DNA from: Saprolegnia diclina VS20
Lineage: Eukaryota
DNA length: 64,000 nucleotides
Reading direction: 5' to 3'
Assembly (NCBI RefSeq): GCF_000281045.1
Contig: NW_008246136.1
Location: 133,448 to 197,447, forward strand
The notes under the pieces were generated by a model. The model was not told the DNA's origin. It worked only from the letters and a program-made list of their open reading frames with translations, and did not search any database. Shown here one piece after another: positions 48,357 through 59,526 of this stretch (its first letter is position 1; each line of letters begins with the position of its first letter). A program made the translations under genes and the position numbers.

Positions 48357-48373
48357 TCATTTCCAAGTTTGCA
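48357..48373 (+). promoter_or_regulatory. INR/FPR-like core promoter of the MDH gene
   Basis: GTCATTTCCAAGTTTGC immediately upstream of the ATG at 48376. Confidence 0.5.
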
Positions 48374-48375
48374 CC

Positions 48376-49448
48376 ATGCCTGCCACCACTGTCGTTGTCT
48401 CCGGCGCCGCCGGCCAAGTCGGCTACTCGCTCCTCCCGCAGCTCTGCGGCGGCCACGTCCTCGGCGCCAACACGCGCATCAACCTCCGCCTCCTCGACAT
48501 TCCCCAGTCGCTCGAGGTCATGGAGGGCGTCAAGATGGAGCTCCTCGACTGCGCGTACGACCTTGTCGATGGTACGCACGCTCGCTCGCATGGACATGAC
48601 AACTGATGATGAGGATGGTAGAAATTACGCTCACGACGGACGCCGAGGTTGCGTTCAAGGGCGCCAACATTGCGATCCTCCTTGGTGGTTTCCCGCGCAA
48701 GGTGGGCATGGAGCGCAAGGACCTCATCGCCAAGAACACGGCCATCTTCAAGGTCCAGGGCGAGGCCATCGAGAAGGTGGCGGACCGCGACATCAAGGTG
48801 CTCGTGGTCGCCAACCCGGCCAACACCAACTGCCTCGTGTGCATGCGCCACGCGCCGAGCATCCCGACTAAGAACTTTTCGGCCCTCATGCGCCTCGACC
48901 ACGAGCGCATGCGCTCGCTCCTCACGGTCAAGATCAACGAGGCGTGCGGGGCCAACACTGTCACCTCGACGCAGGTGCAGAACTGCATTATTTGGGGCAA
49001 CCACTCGGCGACGCAGGTCCCGGACGCGTCGTACGTGACGATCAACAAGGACGGCGAGGCCAAGCCGCTCTCGGCGTACTACAACGACCAGGACTGGCTC
49101 CACGGCTCGCTCATGAAGGACGTGCAGCAGCGAGGCGCCGCTATCATCAAGGCACGCAAGCTCTCGTCGGCGCTCTCGGTGGCCTCGGCCATCAAGGGCC
49201 ACATGCAGGCGTGGCTCTACGGCTCGACCGAGGTGGTCTCGATGGGTATCCTCTCGAACGGCAACAAGCACGGCGTGCCGGAGAACCTCATCTTTTCGTT
49301 CCCGATGCGCTGCCACGGCGACGGCCAGGTGACGATTGACGAGACGATGACCATCTCGCCCGCCGTTGAGAAGCTCATCAAGACGACGACGGACGAGCTC
49401 CTCAGCGAGAAGGCCGACGCCGCTTCGATCCTCGGCATGACGTTGTAA
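48376..49448 (+). CDS. MDH1: Cytosolic NAD-dependent malate dehydrogenase, 2 exons
   Basis: [12 protein letters not shown] (Rossmann fold), [50 protein letters not shown]. Confidence 0.93.
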
Positions 49449-49863
49449 GTCGTTTGTTTCCATTTTTGACACGAACTGCTTCCACGTCCCATTTTCACAT
49501 AACTATAAACAATACGCAAGTCTGCCACCGTACACTTTGTTGCAAAATGAGGATCATTCACAGAGTACGAATGTATACGAGAGATTAGTACAAGTCTAGA
49601 TTCGAGCGAATAGCTGACGCCGATAGAAGATTCATTATGTAACTCTCCTCCCCTTGGGAGAATGGAAGATTTGGACCGACAGCTTCGGCTACGTATGTAT
49701 AAGTTGCAACATAGCAGCAACTCGGTCACGGTATTCTCAAGCTCTGGACGAAAAGAGCTCGGGATCGAATCTGCGATGTCGAGAAACACGCAACCACGTG
49801 GCAAAGCCAGGCGCCAAGTTGACGTCGACGGCAGCCATACAGTTGCAAACCTCGCAAAACAAC

Positions 49864-50259
49864 ATGGCGCTACCCGTAATGACGACGCTCATGGTCGTCG
49901 TGTGGCGCGACTGGTGGACGCTACTGATTCTACCAGCGCTTGCGTTCGCTCTCGAGGTACCGCTGCTCCCACCGTCGTGGTGCCGTCGACTCGAGCGCCA
50001 GTGCTTGACGCCCGGCGGTGGCACAGGTCCGTGCGATCCCGACCGCACTCTGTCGCAAGTCAAACTCACACTGCTGTATTTGGACGTCGCCTTGTTCGTG
50101 CTTTCGGAAGTCGCTGCGTACCTGGCGCCCGCGTCGTTGGCGCCAAAGGCATTCTGTGGCCTTGGCTTGACGCTCCTTGCGTCGCTCGGCCACATGGACG
50201 GCTTTCACCTTGGAACAGCCCACAACGCGTCGCTGCGCCACGACCAAAGTGTGGATTGA
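49864..50259 (+). CDS. Small hypothetical membrane protein (131 aa)
   Basis: ORF with 3-4 hydrophobic segments and host-like codon usage. Confidence 0.55.
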   Translation: MALPVMTTLMVVVWRDWWTLLILPALAFALEVPLLPPSWCRRLERQCLTPGGGTGPCDPDRTLSQVKLTLLYLDVALFVLSEVAAYLAPASLAPKAFCGLGLTLLASLGHMDGFHLGTAHNASLRHDQSVD

Positions 50260-50345
50260 AGCCACCAATATCCCAACTATCCAACTAGGATCGAGACAAC
50301 AAGGTAGCAAAAAAAAATCTGGAAGTGTGTTGATTAAAGCGTGTC

Positions 50346-51580
50346 TTAGCAGCTACGTTGCCGGCCGAGTAGTGACACGCATCCAGATGATGTGCGCGGG
50401 AATGTCACTGCGGCTGAGGCGGTTGCTGAAAAGACTCGTAAGCGGCAGACGGAGCGCCTTGCGGCCCGCGAGAGCGCACGACGGTCGTTAATGGTTTGCG
50501 CTGCTAGCGCAGCGGCCACCATCTGGCGTGCCTTGGTCATGCTGCGCGTCTCCATTCTTCTCGGCCTGATGCTGTCGGCAGTCCCGTCCGCGTTCGTAGC
50601 CACCGCGACGTTATCGGCGGACGCAGATGGGCCGTGCGCGCTCGCGTCCTCGGCCACCTTGCGGGGTTCGTCGCGTTGCAAGCCCGGAACGAGAGCTTCA
50701 TGCCCTGCGTTACCGAGCTCACGCACACGACGATCACCGTGGCTACCGGCCCGTTTGAGCCGTCGATGTCGCCAACGACGAGACGGTGTCTCGAGACCGA
50801 GGCGAGCTCGATGTCGTCAAGTCGGCGAGGGTACGCGCTTCGATGGGCAAAATCGACTGCAAGGTCCCGGCGGGATTGTCCAGCGCCGGCAGAGTTTTGG
50901 CGTCCTAGAGCACGAGTAAAACGACAGCGTTCTTGCATTCGACAAGCTATCTGCGCTGCCGTCTCTTGTGCCTTGCGCTTCTGGCTCTTCGCGGTTGTGG
51001 CCGCCGTGGGTTGCCCCGTCGGGTCCGCGCTTGCCGGTGCCTAGAAGTCAACGGTTAAGCACGTCGAGGACAACCGTTAGGCTACCTCGAGTTCATGGAC
51101 GCCGACAAGGCCGCATTCACCGACCCTTCTGCGTGCGCCTCGCAGTTGCCAGCAGGGCCGCGACGTGCGTCCTTGCGCGCCTTCGCCATGAAGCGTGTCT
51201 CCGCCATGGTTGAAATTGAACATGGGATGCGTCCTAGACGTTGCATGAGCTTGTGTTTCGGCAAGCGAACGTGAATTGGTTTACCTGCGCAAGTCGGTGC
51301 TCGCGTCTTGGACCGGGCGCGTGGCGACGAAGCCAACGTCGTTTCGCTGTTGGCGACCAGCAGCAGGTGCGCGATGGACCGCAGCTACCGTTGGCTCGTG
51401 TTGTCGAGGCAGTCGCCGGGCGGACGGAGCCAATTTTGGAAGCGCGACGCTGTGCAACAAGGTGGGCGATCGAATCTCTTGACGACGTTGGAGACCTACA
51501 AAGCCATAGTTCATATCGATGTCGCTCATAAAGTCACCGACCTTGCGCGCTGCTGCCTTATGCTGGCGTTCTTCGCTCAT
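50346..51580 (-). CDS. Hypothetical multi-exon protein (low-complexity, basic)
   Basis: Successive minus-strand GC-rich open frames separated by intron-like GT..AG stretches; no recognisable domain. Confidence 0.35.
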
Positions 51581-51955
51581 CGGTTCTGCAATCGAACCGC
51601 GTCCTCGTCCAGCACCTACACGAGTAACGTTAGAATGGTTCAATGGCGTCGACATTCGCTTCCAAACGACCTTGGGTGCTGGCGCTTGCCGCTATGTTTG
51701 GTGTCCGCTGCTTTGGCATCGCCTTGGGGGGTGGAAGCAGAATGACACGACTTCTTGAAGAAAGAACACGCCAACCCTAACCCGTCTTTTCTTTTCCTGC
51801 ATTCCGATTGGCTACAGCTACATCGTATCGCGCTTCTCCGACTGCCACGACGTGCGGCGGGGCTGCCTCTATCAATATCACGCATATCGAAGTACGCAGG
51901 CTTGTAATACAAAAGCTGATTGATGGCCCAATTCACAGCTGTGCATCTCGAGAAA

Positions 51956-52217
51956 NNNNNNNNNNNNNNNNNNNNNNNNNNNNNNNNNNNNNNNNNNNNN
52001 NNNNNNNNNNNNNNNNNNNNNNNNNNNNNNNNNNNNNNNNNNNNNNNNNNNNNNNNNNNNNNNNNNNNNNNNNNNNNNNNNNNNNNNNNNNNNNNNNNNN
52101 NNNNNNNNNNNNNNNNNNNNNNNNNNNNNNNNNNNNNNNNNNNNNNNNNNNNNNNNNNNNNNNNNNNNNNNNNNNNNNNNNNNNNNNNNNNNNNNNNNNN
52201 NNNNNNNNNNNNNNNNN
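51956..52217. other. Assembly gap (N run)
   Basis: Run of N. Confidence 1.
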
Positions 52218-52862
52218 CGTCAGTAGCTCCGTGAACGATGGAAGACTCGAGAGAGGTTTTGTGAATGTGCCGACTAAGTGTTCGTGGGTGCGCAATAAAT
52301 AAAAGGCGAACAGTTCGTTTGAGTCTCATTCAAAGCTTATGGATTCTGCACTCTGCCCAGCCTTGGGTCGTTCCATGCAGAGAATCGAGGCCAGTGAGTG
52401 AAACGCAGCCAACACGAGACATCGAACGAGTCTTTAGCTTTCGGTTTCTTGTACGTGCACAAGTTGTGGTTTGTCCAAGCTCTTCCTACGACCACACTAT
52501 CCAATCCCGTGTTTCTCTGCAAGATCGTCATACACCGGTGTACGGTATTTTAGCCCCACAGAATGCGATAGAATTTTTCTGTACACCGGTGTACAATGAA
52601 GACGTTGTCACGCACATGAATGCACTTCACTTAACAAACAAAACGTCTTTGCAAGCCTCCTAAAACCGCGTCAATCGCCATGCAATCTGTGTCAATGCAA
52701 ATACTGCATTCATTGCTACTTCTTGAGTGCTTGTTGTATGCCTTAAACGCGCAGCAAGCCAGCTCACCGGTGGACGGTGGGCGTCTTGAGAGGCGTGTTT
52801 TTATCCGCGTCCTGGCGAGACATTTTGGGGATGCCATAATTTGCCAGTGAAACGAGCGAGCC

Positions 52863-55800
52863 ATGTCCAGCGCCGAGCTCATCCTGCGGCTCCTCAGCAA
52901 CGACAACGCCGTCCGGCGCGAGGCCGAGGCCGCGTACACGCAACTCAAGGTCGAGCAGCCCGTCCAGCTCACGAGCACGCTGCTTTTGCTCTCGTGCGCG
53001 CAGAGCAACCCGAGCGACGCCACGACGCGCAGCTTCGCGCCTGTTCTCCTTCGGCGCGTGCTCGAAACCGAAGGCGTCTCGCACCTCGAGCTCCAGTACC
53101 GCGCTGCACTCAAGACGCAGCTCGTGGCCGCTCTTGGCGCCGAGCCGCTCGCGCACGTTCGCCGCAAGCTTGGCCATGCGATTGCCGAACTCGCGCGCCT
53201 CGAGGCGACGTGGCCCGAGCTCTTGCCGGCGATCGTCGCCCTGACGCAGCACTCGGACGCCGTACGTTGCGATCGCAGTTGCAACTTGTATGTTACGATG
53301 CATATAGGCCATGCAAATCACGTCGCTTGAAGTGCTGGCAACGCTCTGCGAGTACCTCGGCCCGACGCTCGCGTTGCACCACGAGCAGTTTTTCCACCTC
53401 TTCTCGGCGTTCCTCGGCCGTACGTCCATCTCGACCTCGATCTCTGCAATGACTCTCCGAGTATGTAGACGCCCGCTTGGACTTGCGTGTCGCCGCAGCC
53501 AAGGCCATGGTTGCGTACATCGTTGTGCTCGAAAGCACGCAGGCTATGCAGCCGTTCACGCAGCTCTTGGGCCCGCTCCTCCACGTACGCCTCAGAATGC
53601 ATCGAAACATACTTGACCGTCGTCTAGGTTGTCGAAGCGCTTCTGCACAGCGGCGACGAGCTCCTCGCGCGCGAAGTTCTCTCGGCCGTTCTCGTCCTTA
53701 GTGAAGCGCACCCTGCGTTCTTGCAGCTGCACATCGAGTCCCTCGGCAGGTGCGGGTTTTTGCATTCTCTGGCTCGCTATTCATTGCGCTTGGCAGTGCG
53801 ATGCTCCAGGTCGCGCGTACCCACGCGTTCGAGCCCGAGACGCGCGAACTTGCCCTTGAGATTCTCGTGTCGTTGTGCACGAAAGCGGTACGCATGCTGT
53901 GTAATGCCCAGCGTCTCAACTTCGTTGTAGAGCTCGGCCGGGCGCAGTGCCAAGAACCTCTTGGAAAATTTGGTGCCGTGCGCTCTCGACCTCATGACGG
54001 AGCTTGATGACGCTGGTGTTGCCGCGTGGACGGCTGCCTTTGACGACGCACCGGTTGGAACACTGTGCGTCGCCGTCGTCACGCTAACGTGCGACCAATA
54101 GGATGCGGACGCGGACGAAGGTCGCACAAGTGACACGGGCGCGTCGGCTCTCCTGCGCTTGACCAACGACGTCGGTGGCAAGGTCATGCTGCCGATTGCA
54201 CTGCCTTTGGTGGCGCAGGCTCTGCAGGCTCCTGGTGCGTCATGCACTGTGATGCCTTGGGTGCTATGTAGCGTGTCTGTAGCATGGCAGAAGCGTCACG
54301 CCGCCTTGTACGCTCTGGGGCTCATGGGCGAAGGTACCGATCTCTTTACTGAGCCCCGATATCGACGATTCATCCCAGGCGCCAACACATTGCTCTACAA
54401 GGAGCTGCCGTCGCTCCTTCCAGCCATCGTCCAGCGACTCGAGGACCCGCACCCGCGCGTTCGGTGCGGCTTCAGACTGTGGCCTTTTCGCAATTCATAG
54501 ATGCATGCTAGGTACGCGGCGCTCTTTTGCCTTGGGCAGTTTACCGAAGACTTCGGGTCCGTCGAACGTGGCAAGAACTTTCAGGCCAAGTTTGGCGCCG
54601 ACATCATCCCGGAGCTCATTCCCGCCATCTCGGAGCGCGAGGTGCTGCTCTTCAGTTCTCATCAAACGTACAACATGTCGTGTCGCTAGGCGGTCCTGCG
54701 GAACCGCGCTCTTGCCGCGAACGTTATTTGCACGTTCTGCCACCCTGAGCACTGCAAGCCCGCAAACGTGCTCCCGTTCTTGGACCCGCTTCTCTCGACG
54801 CTATTTGCCGCCCTCGGGTCGTGCCCCCGCGAGGTGCCTTTGCTCTCGAAGTCGCAGAAGAGTCACGTGGCGTAGGTGCAAGAGCAAGCGATCACGGCGG
54901 TCGCGTGCATTGCTACGGTCGTCGGCGACGCATTCGTTGGCTACTACAACGTCTTTATGCCCGTGGCCAAGCAAGTGCTCTTGCATGCTCACGGTACCTT
55001 TCGTATTTGATTATTCCGCAAGGACTCAGATGTGGAGCTAGGCAAGCAGTTTGCTCTGCTCCGGGGCAAGGCTATGGAAAGCGTCGCGCTCATCGGGCAG
55101 GCGGTCGGGAAGGACGCGTTTTTGGCGGACGCGCGCGGCATCATGGACATGCTTCTCAAGCACCAGGAGCTGCACATGCAAGTCGACGCGGTCTCGGTCG
55201 AGGCGCAGTACCTCTCGCAGGCCTGCGTGCGCATCGGCAGTGTCCTCAAGGAAGACTTTGTGCCGTACCTCCCCGTGCTCGTGCCGCGGCTCTTAGCACA
55301 GGCGTTGACGCCGCCCGACATTGTCATCTTGGACGTCCACGAGGTATATACATCTAGAGAGAGAGTATCATCGAACGTTATGCTAGACGAACGAGGACGA
55401 CGACGATGTGGGCGACGGCGTCGAGCAAGTGATCGTTGACGTCCGTGGCCAAGGCAAGAAGAAGGTCCAGATCCAAACGTCGTCGCTCGACGAGAAGCTC
55501 ATGGGCGTCAACATGCTCTACCAGTGCGCCATGGACCTCCAAGGCGCGTTTGCGCCATACATTAAAGAGGTGTGCAGCCGGTTTGTGTAGAGGGCAGCGT
55601 AAATTTTGTGCATCGTGCTAGGTACTCTCGGCGCTGCTGCCCTTGTTGCGCTTCGAGTACATGGAGTCGGTGCGCCTCGTCACGGGCTTTACGCTCGCCA
55701 AGCTCGTCTCGGCCGCCGTCGATGGCTCGGACCCGTCGTCGTCGTTTCCGCAAATGGTGTTTCAGCAGGCGTTTGCCCCGTTGCTGCAGGTACCAACTCG

Positions 55801-57113
55801 TGTATGTCACGTTGGTTGATCGAGTGATTAGACGCTCGAGGAAGAGAAGGACTTGGAGTGCGTCGCCGGTCTCACGGAAGCCATCGCCCTCATGCTCGAA
55901 GCATGCAAGGAGGCCAGCGACAACGGCTACAGCGTTGGCATTCCGATCGCGGACCTCCCCCACGTACATGGCGTTCACGAAACATTGCGGTTTCTTAGCG
56001 CTGCGTAGGTCGTCGCCAAGCTCTTGGCCGCGGCCCACGCGAGTGTGAAGCGTCGCATGGCGCGCGACTATGGCGGCGCCGATGCCGACGACGCTGACGA
56101 AGAGGACGAGAATGAAGAGGACGTCGAGGTAGACGGACACGGGTCGCTGCGATGTTGATGCTGCGCGTAGGATTCGATTCTGCAAAACCTCATTGACGCC
56201 ATGGGCTGGTGCATCAAGACGCACAAGGCTAGTGTCCTTCCGCTCTTTTCGCAGCAATGGCTTCCGTCCATCGCGCCGTATCTGGATCCGTCCTTTCCCG
56301 GCGCCGTCCGCGCCCACTTTATCTGCACCATCGACGATGTGCTCGAGCACAGCGGGCCCGATTTGCTTCCGCAGCTCTTGCCGCACCTCTGGAGCGTACG
56401 CCCTCGTGCTTTCTATGCACGAGCAAAGACGAACAATGCGGGTGTAGGGCTTGGAAGATAGCAACCCGAACGTGATTCGGGCCTCGGCCTACGGCGCCGG
56501 CGTCTGCGCGCAGTTTGGCGGCGCCAGCTTTGAGCCGCACTGCGTTGCGACGCTTCAGCGCGTCTGGAGCTGCATTCAGTCGCTCGAGCACGACCAGGTT
56601 GAGACGGAGCAGGCGGCTGCGCGCGACAATTGCGTCTCGGCGGTCGGCAAGTTTTGCCTTTTCCGGTCGAGCCTCGTGGACGCGCCGACGCTCTTGCGCC
56701 TCTGGCTGCACTGCCTTCCGCTGCAGTCGGACGTCCTCGAGGCCCAGGTAGTGCACGCCGACCTCCTCACAATGGTCGAGGCGCGCAACATGGATCTGCT
56801 CGGCGACAACTTTAGCCAACTCGGCGTTGTGCTCCAAAAGTTTGCCGCCATCCTCGGTAGAGAAATACACCTCTCGAAGTCTATTGACATGGCGGACGTA
56901 GCGCTCAACATGGACGAAGACGCCGAGCCCGTTCTCGACGATGAAGGCGAAGAGCGCCTCGCACTGCTCTTGCAGTCGCTGCAGGTACGGTACTCGCCGC
57001 ATAGCAACAGATGTTTTAGAGCCGTGTAGACAACGCTACCGGGATCGGCCGTGCAAGCGGCGTGGGCGAGCCTCTCGGCGGACGAGCAGCAAGTGTTTGC
57101 CATGCTCTCGTAA
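52863..57113 (+). CDS. IPO5: Importin-5 / karyopherin beta-3-like HEAT-repeat protein, many exons
   Basis: LLSNDNAVRREAE, VLLRR, WPELL, WQKRHAALYAL, DPHPRVRYAA, LRGKAMESVALIGQAVGKDAF, IQTSSLDEK, RDNCVSAVGK, WLHCLPLQSD..EA. Confidence 0.88.
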
Positions 57114-57902
57114 AGATGACCCTAGTTGTGCAAATGCGCAATTGACGCCGAAAAAACACCCTTATTGTCTGGCAAACAAGCAGTTCGGAAAATCGCTGAA
57201 ACGATGAAAAATATGTGTCACAACCCGGACTGATGTCCTCGAAATGGTCCGCCTCGGGTCGGTGAGAGTCGGTCACAAGCTCGATACTGCACACTCTTGC
57301 CACGACTGACGTAATTCGCCTTCTGTCCGCCCACACGGGTGGTTGCCAGGTCTATGTTGCTCGGTGACGAGCTTGCTGCTGTTGCACCAAGGCCTTTCCC
57401 AGGTCATGTTGTTTGGGTTCACCAGTGGCGCAGACCAGTGGCGCTGAAGAGAAGGGCCTCTCGCTGCACATTTTGCAACAGTGGCCTATCATCGATGGCG
57501 CCAAGGGTCAAAACATCTGGTGGGCTCTGGGCGTAACATCAGTCCCCCGAGGAGCTCCTACCATCCCCTTCTGTTGACACTATTTCGCCGTCACGGATTC
57601 TGTTGCCATTGGCGTCTCTTTGCTATGAACCTCTCTGACCCTCACCACGAGTTGGCAAGGAGCAGAGTACAGCTGGAGAGAGACAACTTGCTACCGAAGC
57701 ATCCTCGCTCGCATTGTTTCAGCGCCAGTTTCTTGGACAATAAGAACGCGGGATCGCGCTCAGATTTTGCGCATTTTTTCGTGGGATATATTTGTCCACA
57801 CTATTTCCGGTTTGTGTGTTTCACCTCGGACTCGAATCCAGCTGGTTCGTGGCACCTTGCCAGCGCTTGGATACATTTTCAAATTGCTCGTGCTCTAGCA
57901 AC

Positions 57903-59273
57903 ATGGTCTCACAGACTTCGACCTGCGCCGCTCTTCTTGGCGCCATGAGCCTTGTGGCTGGCCAAACGACGACGACAGCAGCAACAAACGCGACTGCAGC
58001 CAACTCGACCGGCTCGAGCTCGAGCGCCGGCACGTGGGCCTTCAAGCGCGTGCGCACAGTTCAAGCCCGCGTCCAGTCGGACTTGCCGCACTGGGATTCA
58101 GATCACAAGGAGTGGGTTGCGATCTTCCCGCAGAACACGGTCACGTTTGAGCAGCGGTACCGCGCCGCAATGGACACGATCAACACGGCGACTGTCGAGG
58201 GCTCGCTCTTCTACGTGCAGACGGAGGGCATCGACAAGGCGGTGCAGGCCGCCAACAACTGCATGCGCAAGACCAACATGACGTACATTTGGTACTTTGA
58301 CATTGAGGTCGTCCAGCCGGTGCTCTCGGTATCGCAGTTTGGCACCAACTCGGGCTACGCGCCCGAGTACGGTCCGTTCATTGCGATGGACAATGGCATG
58401 TGCACACCGACAAGCGGCACGACCGTCCCCCAGGGCTGCATGCAGTTCACCGGTCTCGGCGGCAACCTCGCGCTCGGCGACTACATTGGTGGCGAGCCTC
58501 GCGCAACGCACCAATATGCCAACTACGAAAACAACTACTGGTTCTCGTGGCCCAACTCGTGCTTTACGCAGACGTTCACGGCCAAGACGGACGCGTGCCG
58601 CGCGTCGGCGGCGCAAAAAGGCGGCCTCTGCGCGTACGGCACAAAGCCTGACGGTGTCACGTGCACGTACTCGTTCTCGGTGCTCGGCTACGTCAACATT
58701 GACGAGCTCGTCGGCATCACAAACATGACGAGCTTCCAAACGGGCAAGCCGTACGCCAACCACGTCGAGTTTTGCAAGGACGGCAAGTACGAGTGGGACT
58801 TTTCAACGAGCACGGGCATCCCGTTTTGGTCCGACCCGCTCAACGTGACAGCCAACGCCGAGCGGTCCCAAAAAATGATGGACTTTTACACGGCCAAGGT
58901 CGCAGAGGGCAAGGGCGATTACGCCAACATGAAGCCATTTCCGAAAGTCTCGGATCTCACGTCTGCCAACCCATCATGCAGCGACAACAACCCGGTCTGC
59001 GCGAAGAACCAATTTGGCTGCAAGCGTACGCTCCTCGGCCAGATCTGCGTGCCGTGCACGGCAGCGTCATCTGATTGCAAGGCGGCGACGCGCTCGTGGC
59101 CGACGCTTCCGGTGGCGACGACCGCGCCCCCCGTCACGGATGCTGCAGGCAAGATCGTACCGACCGTCACAAACTCCTTGGGGCAGTCGGTACCTGCCAC
59201 GGGTACAAGCAGCGCCAGTGTCGCCTCGCTCGCTGCCACTGCGTTACTCCTCGTTGCTTTCGCGATAGTTTAA
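57903..59273 (+). CDS. Secreted, Cys-rich, probably GPI-anchored oomycete-family protein (456 aa, intronless)
   Basis: Signal peptide; VQARVQSD.P.WD, YRAAMDTINTATVEG.LFYVQTEGI, CMRK.NM.YI, YGPFIAMD.G.C, YWFSWPNSC and LGYVNIDELVGI motifs typical of an oomycete surface protein family; T/P-rich linker and hydrophobic tail. Confidence 0.85.
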   Translation: MVSQTSTCAALLGAMSLVAGQTTTTAATNATAANSTGSSSSAGTWAFKRVRTVQARVQSDLPHWDSDHKEWVAIFPQNTVTFEQRYRAAMDTINTATVEGSLFYVQTEGIDKAVQAANNCMRKTNMTYIWYFDIEVVQPVLSVSQFGTNSGYAPEYGPFIAMDNGMCTPTSGTTVPQGCMQFTGLGGNLALGDYIGGEPRATHQYANYENNYWFSWPNSCFTQTFTAKTDACRASAAQKGGLCAYGTKPDGVTCTYSFSVLGYVNIDELVGITNMTSFQTGKPYANHVEFCKDGKYEWDFSTSTGIPFWSDPLNVTANAERSQKMMDFYTAKVAEGKGDYANMKPFPKVSDLTSANPSCSDNNPVCAKNQFGCKRTLLGQICVPCTAASSDCKAATRSWPTLPVATTAPPVTDAAGKIVPTVTNSLGQSVPATGTSSASVASLAATALLLVAFAIV

Positions 59274-59526
59274 AGCTTCTTGATCCCGGTGCTGCAATGT
59301 AAGGTGAGATGTTTGACTGGCTCCAGACACGTCCAAATGTTCATGTATGAAACTTGGTCACATAAAAATACATAGAACAGTTAGAGGTGCAAATACAACA
59401 ACAGATTTAGTCGGTCCTGCACCCTCAATAGGTTAAGGGTAATAATTGCATTAACGAGCGGTCTTGTTGAGTGCAACACGAAGTATGCATTGAATATCAA
59501 GTGACCGTTATCGACAGTTGAGTACG

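Noticed and set aside
48890..48912. MDH LDHER instead of LDHNR as a change of specificity
   Set aside because: The catalytic Asp/His and substrate-binding Arg residues are retained, so it is treated as ordinary MDH variation.
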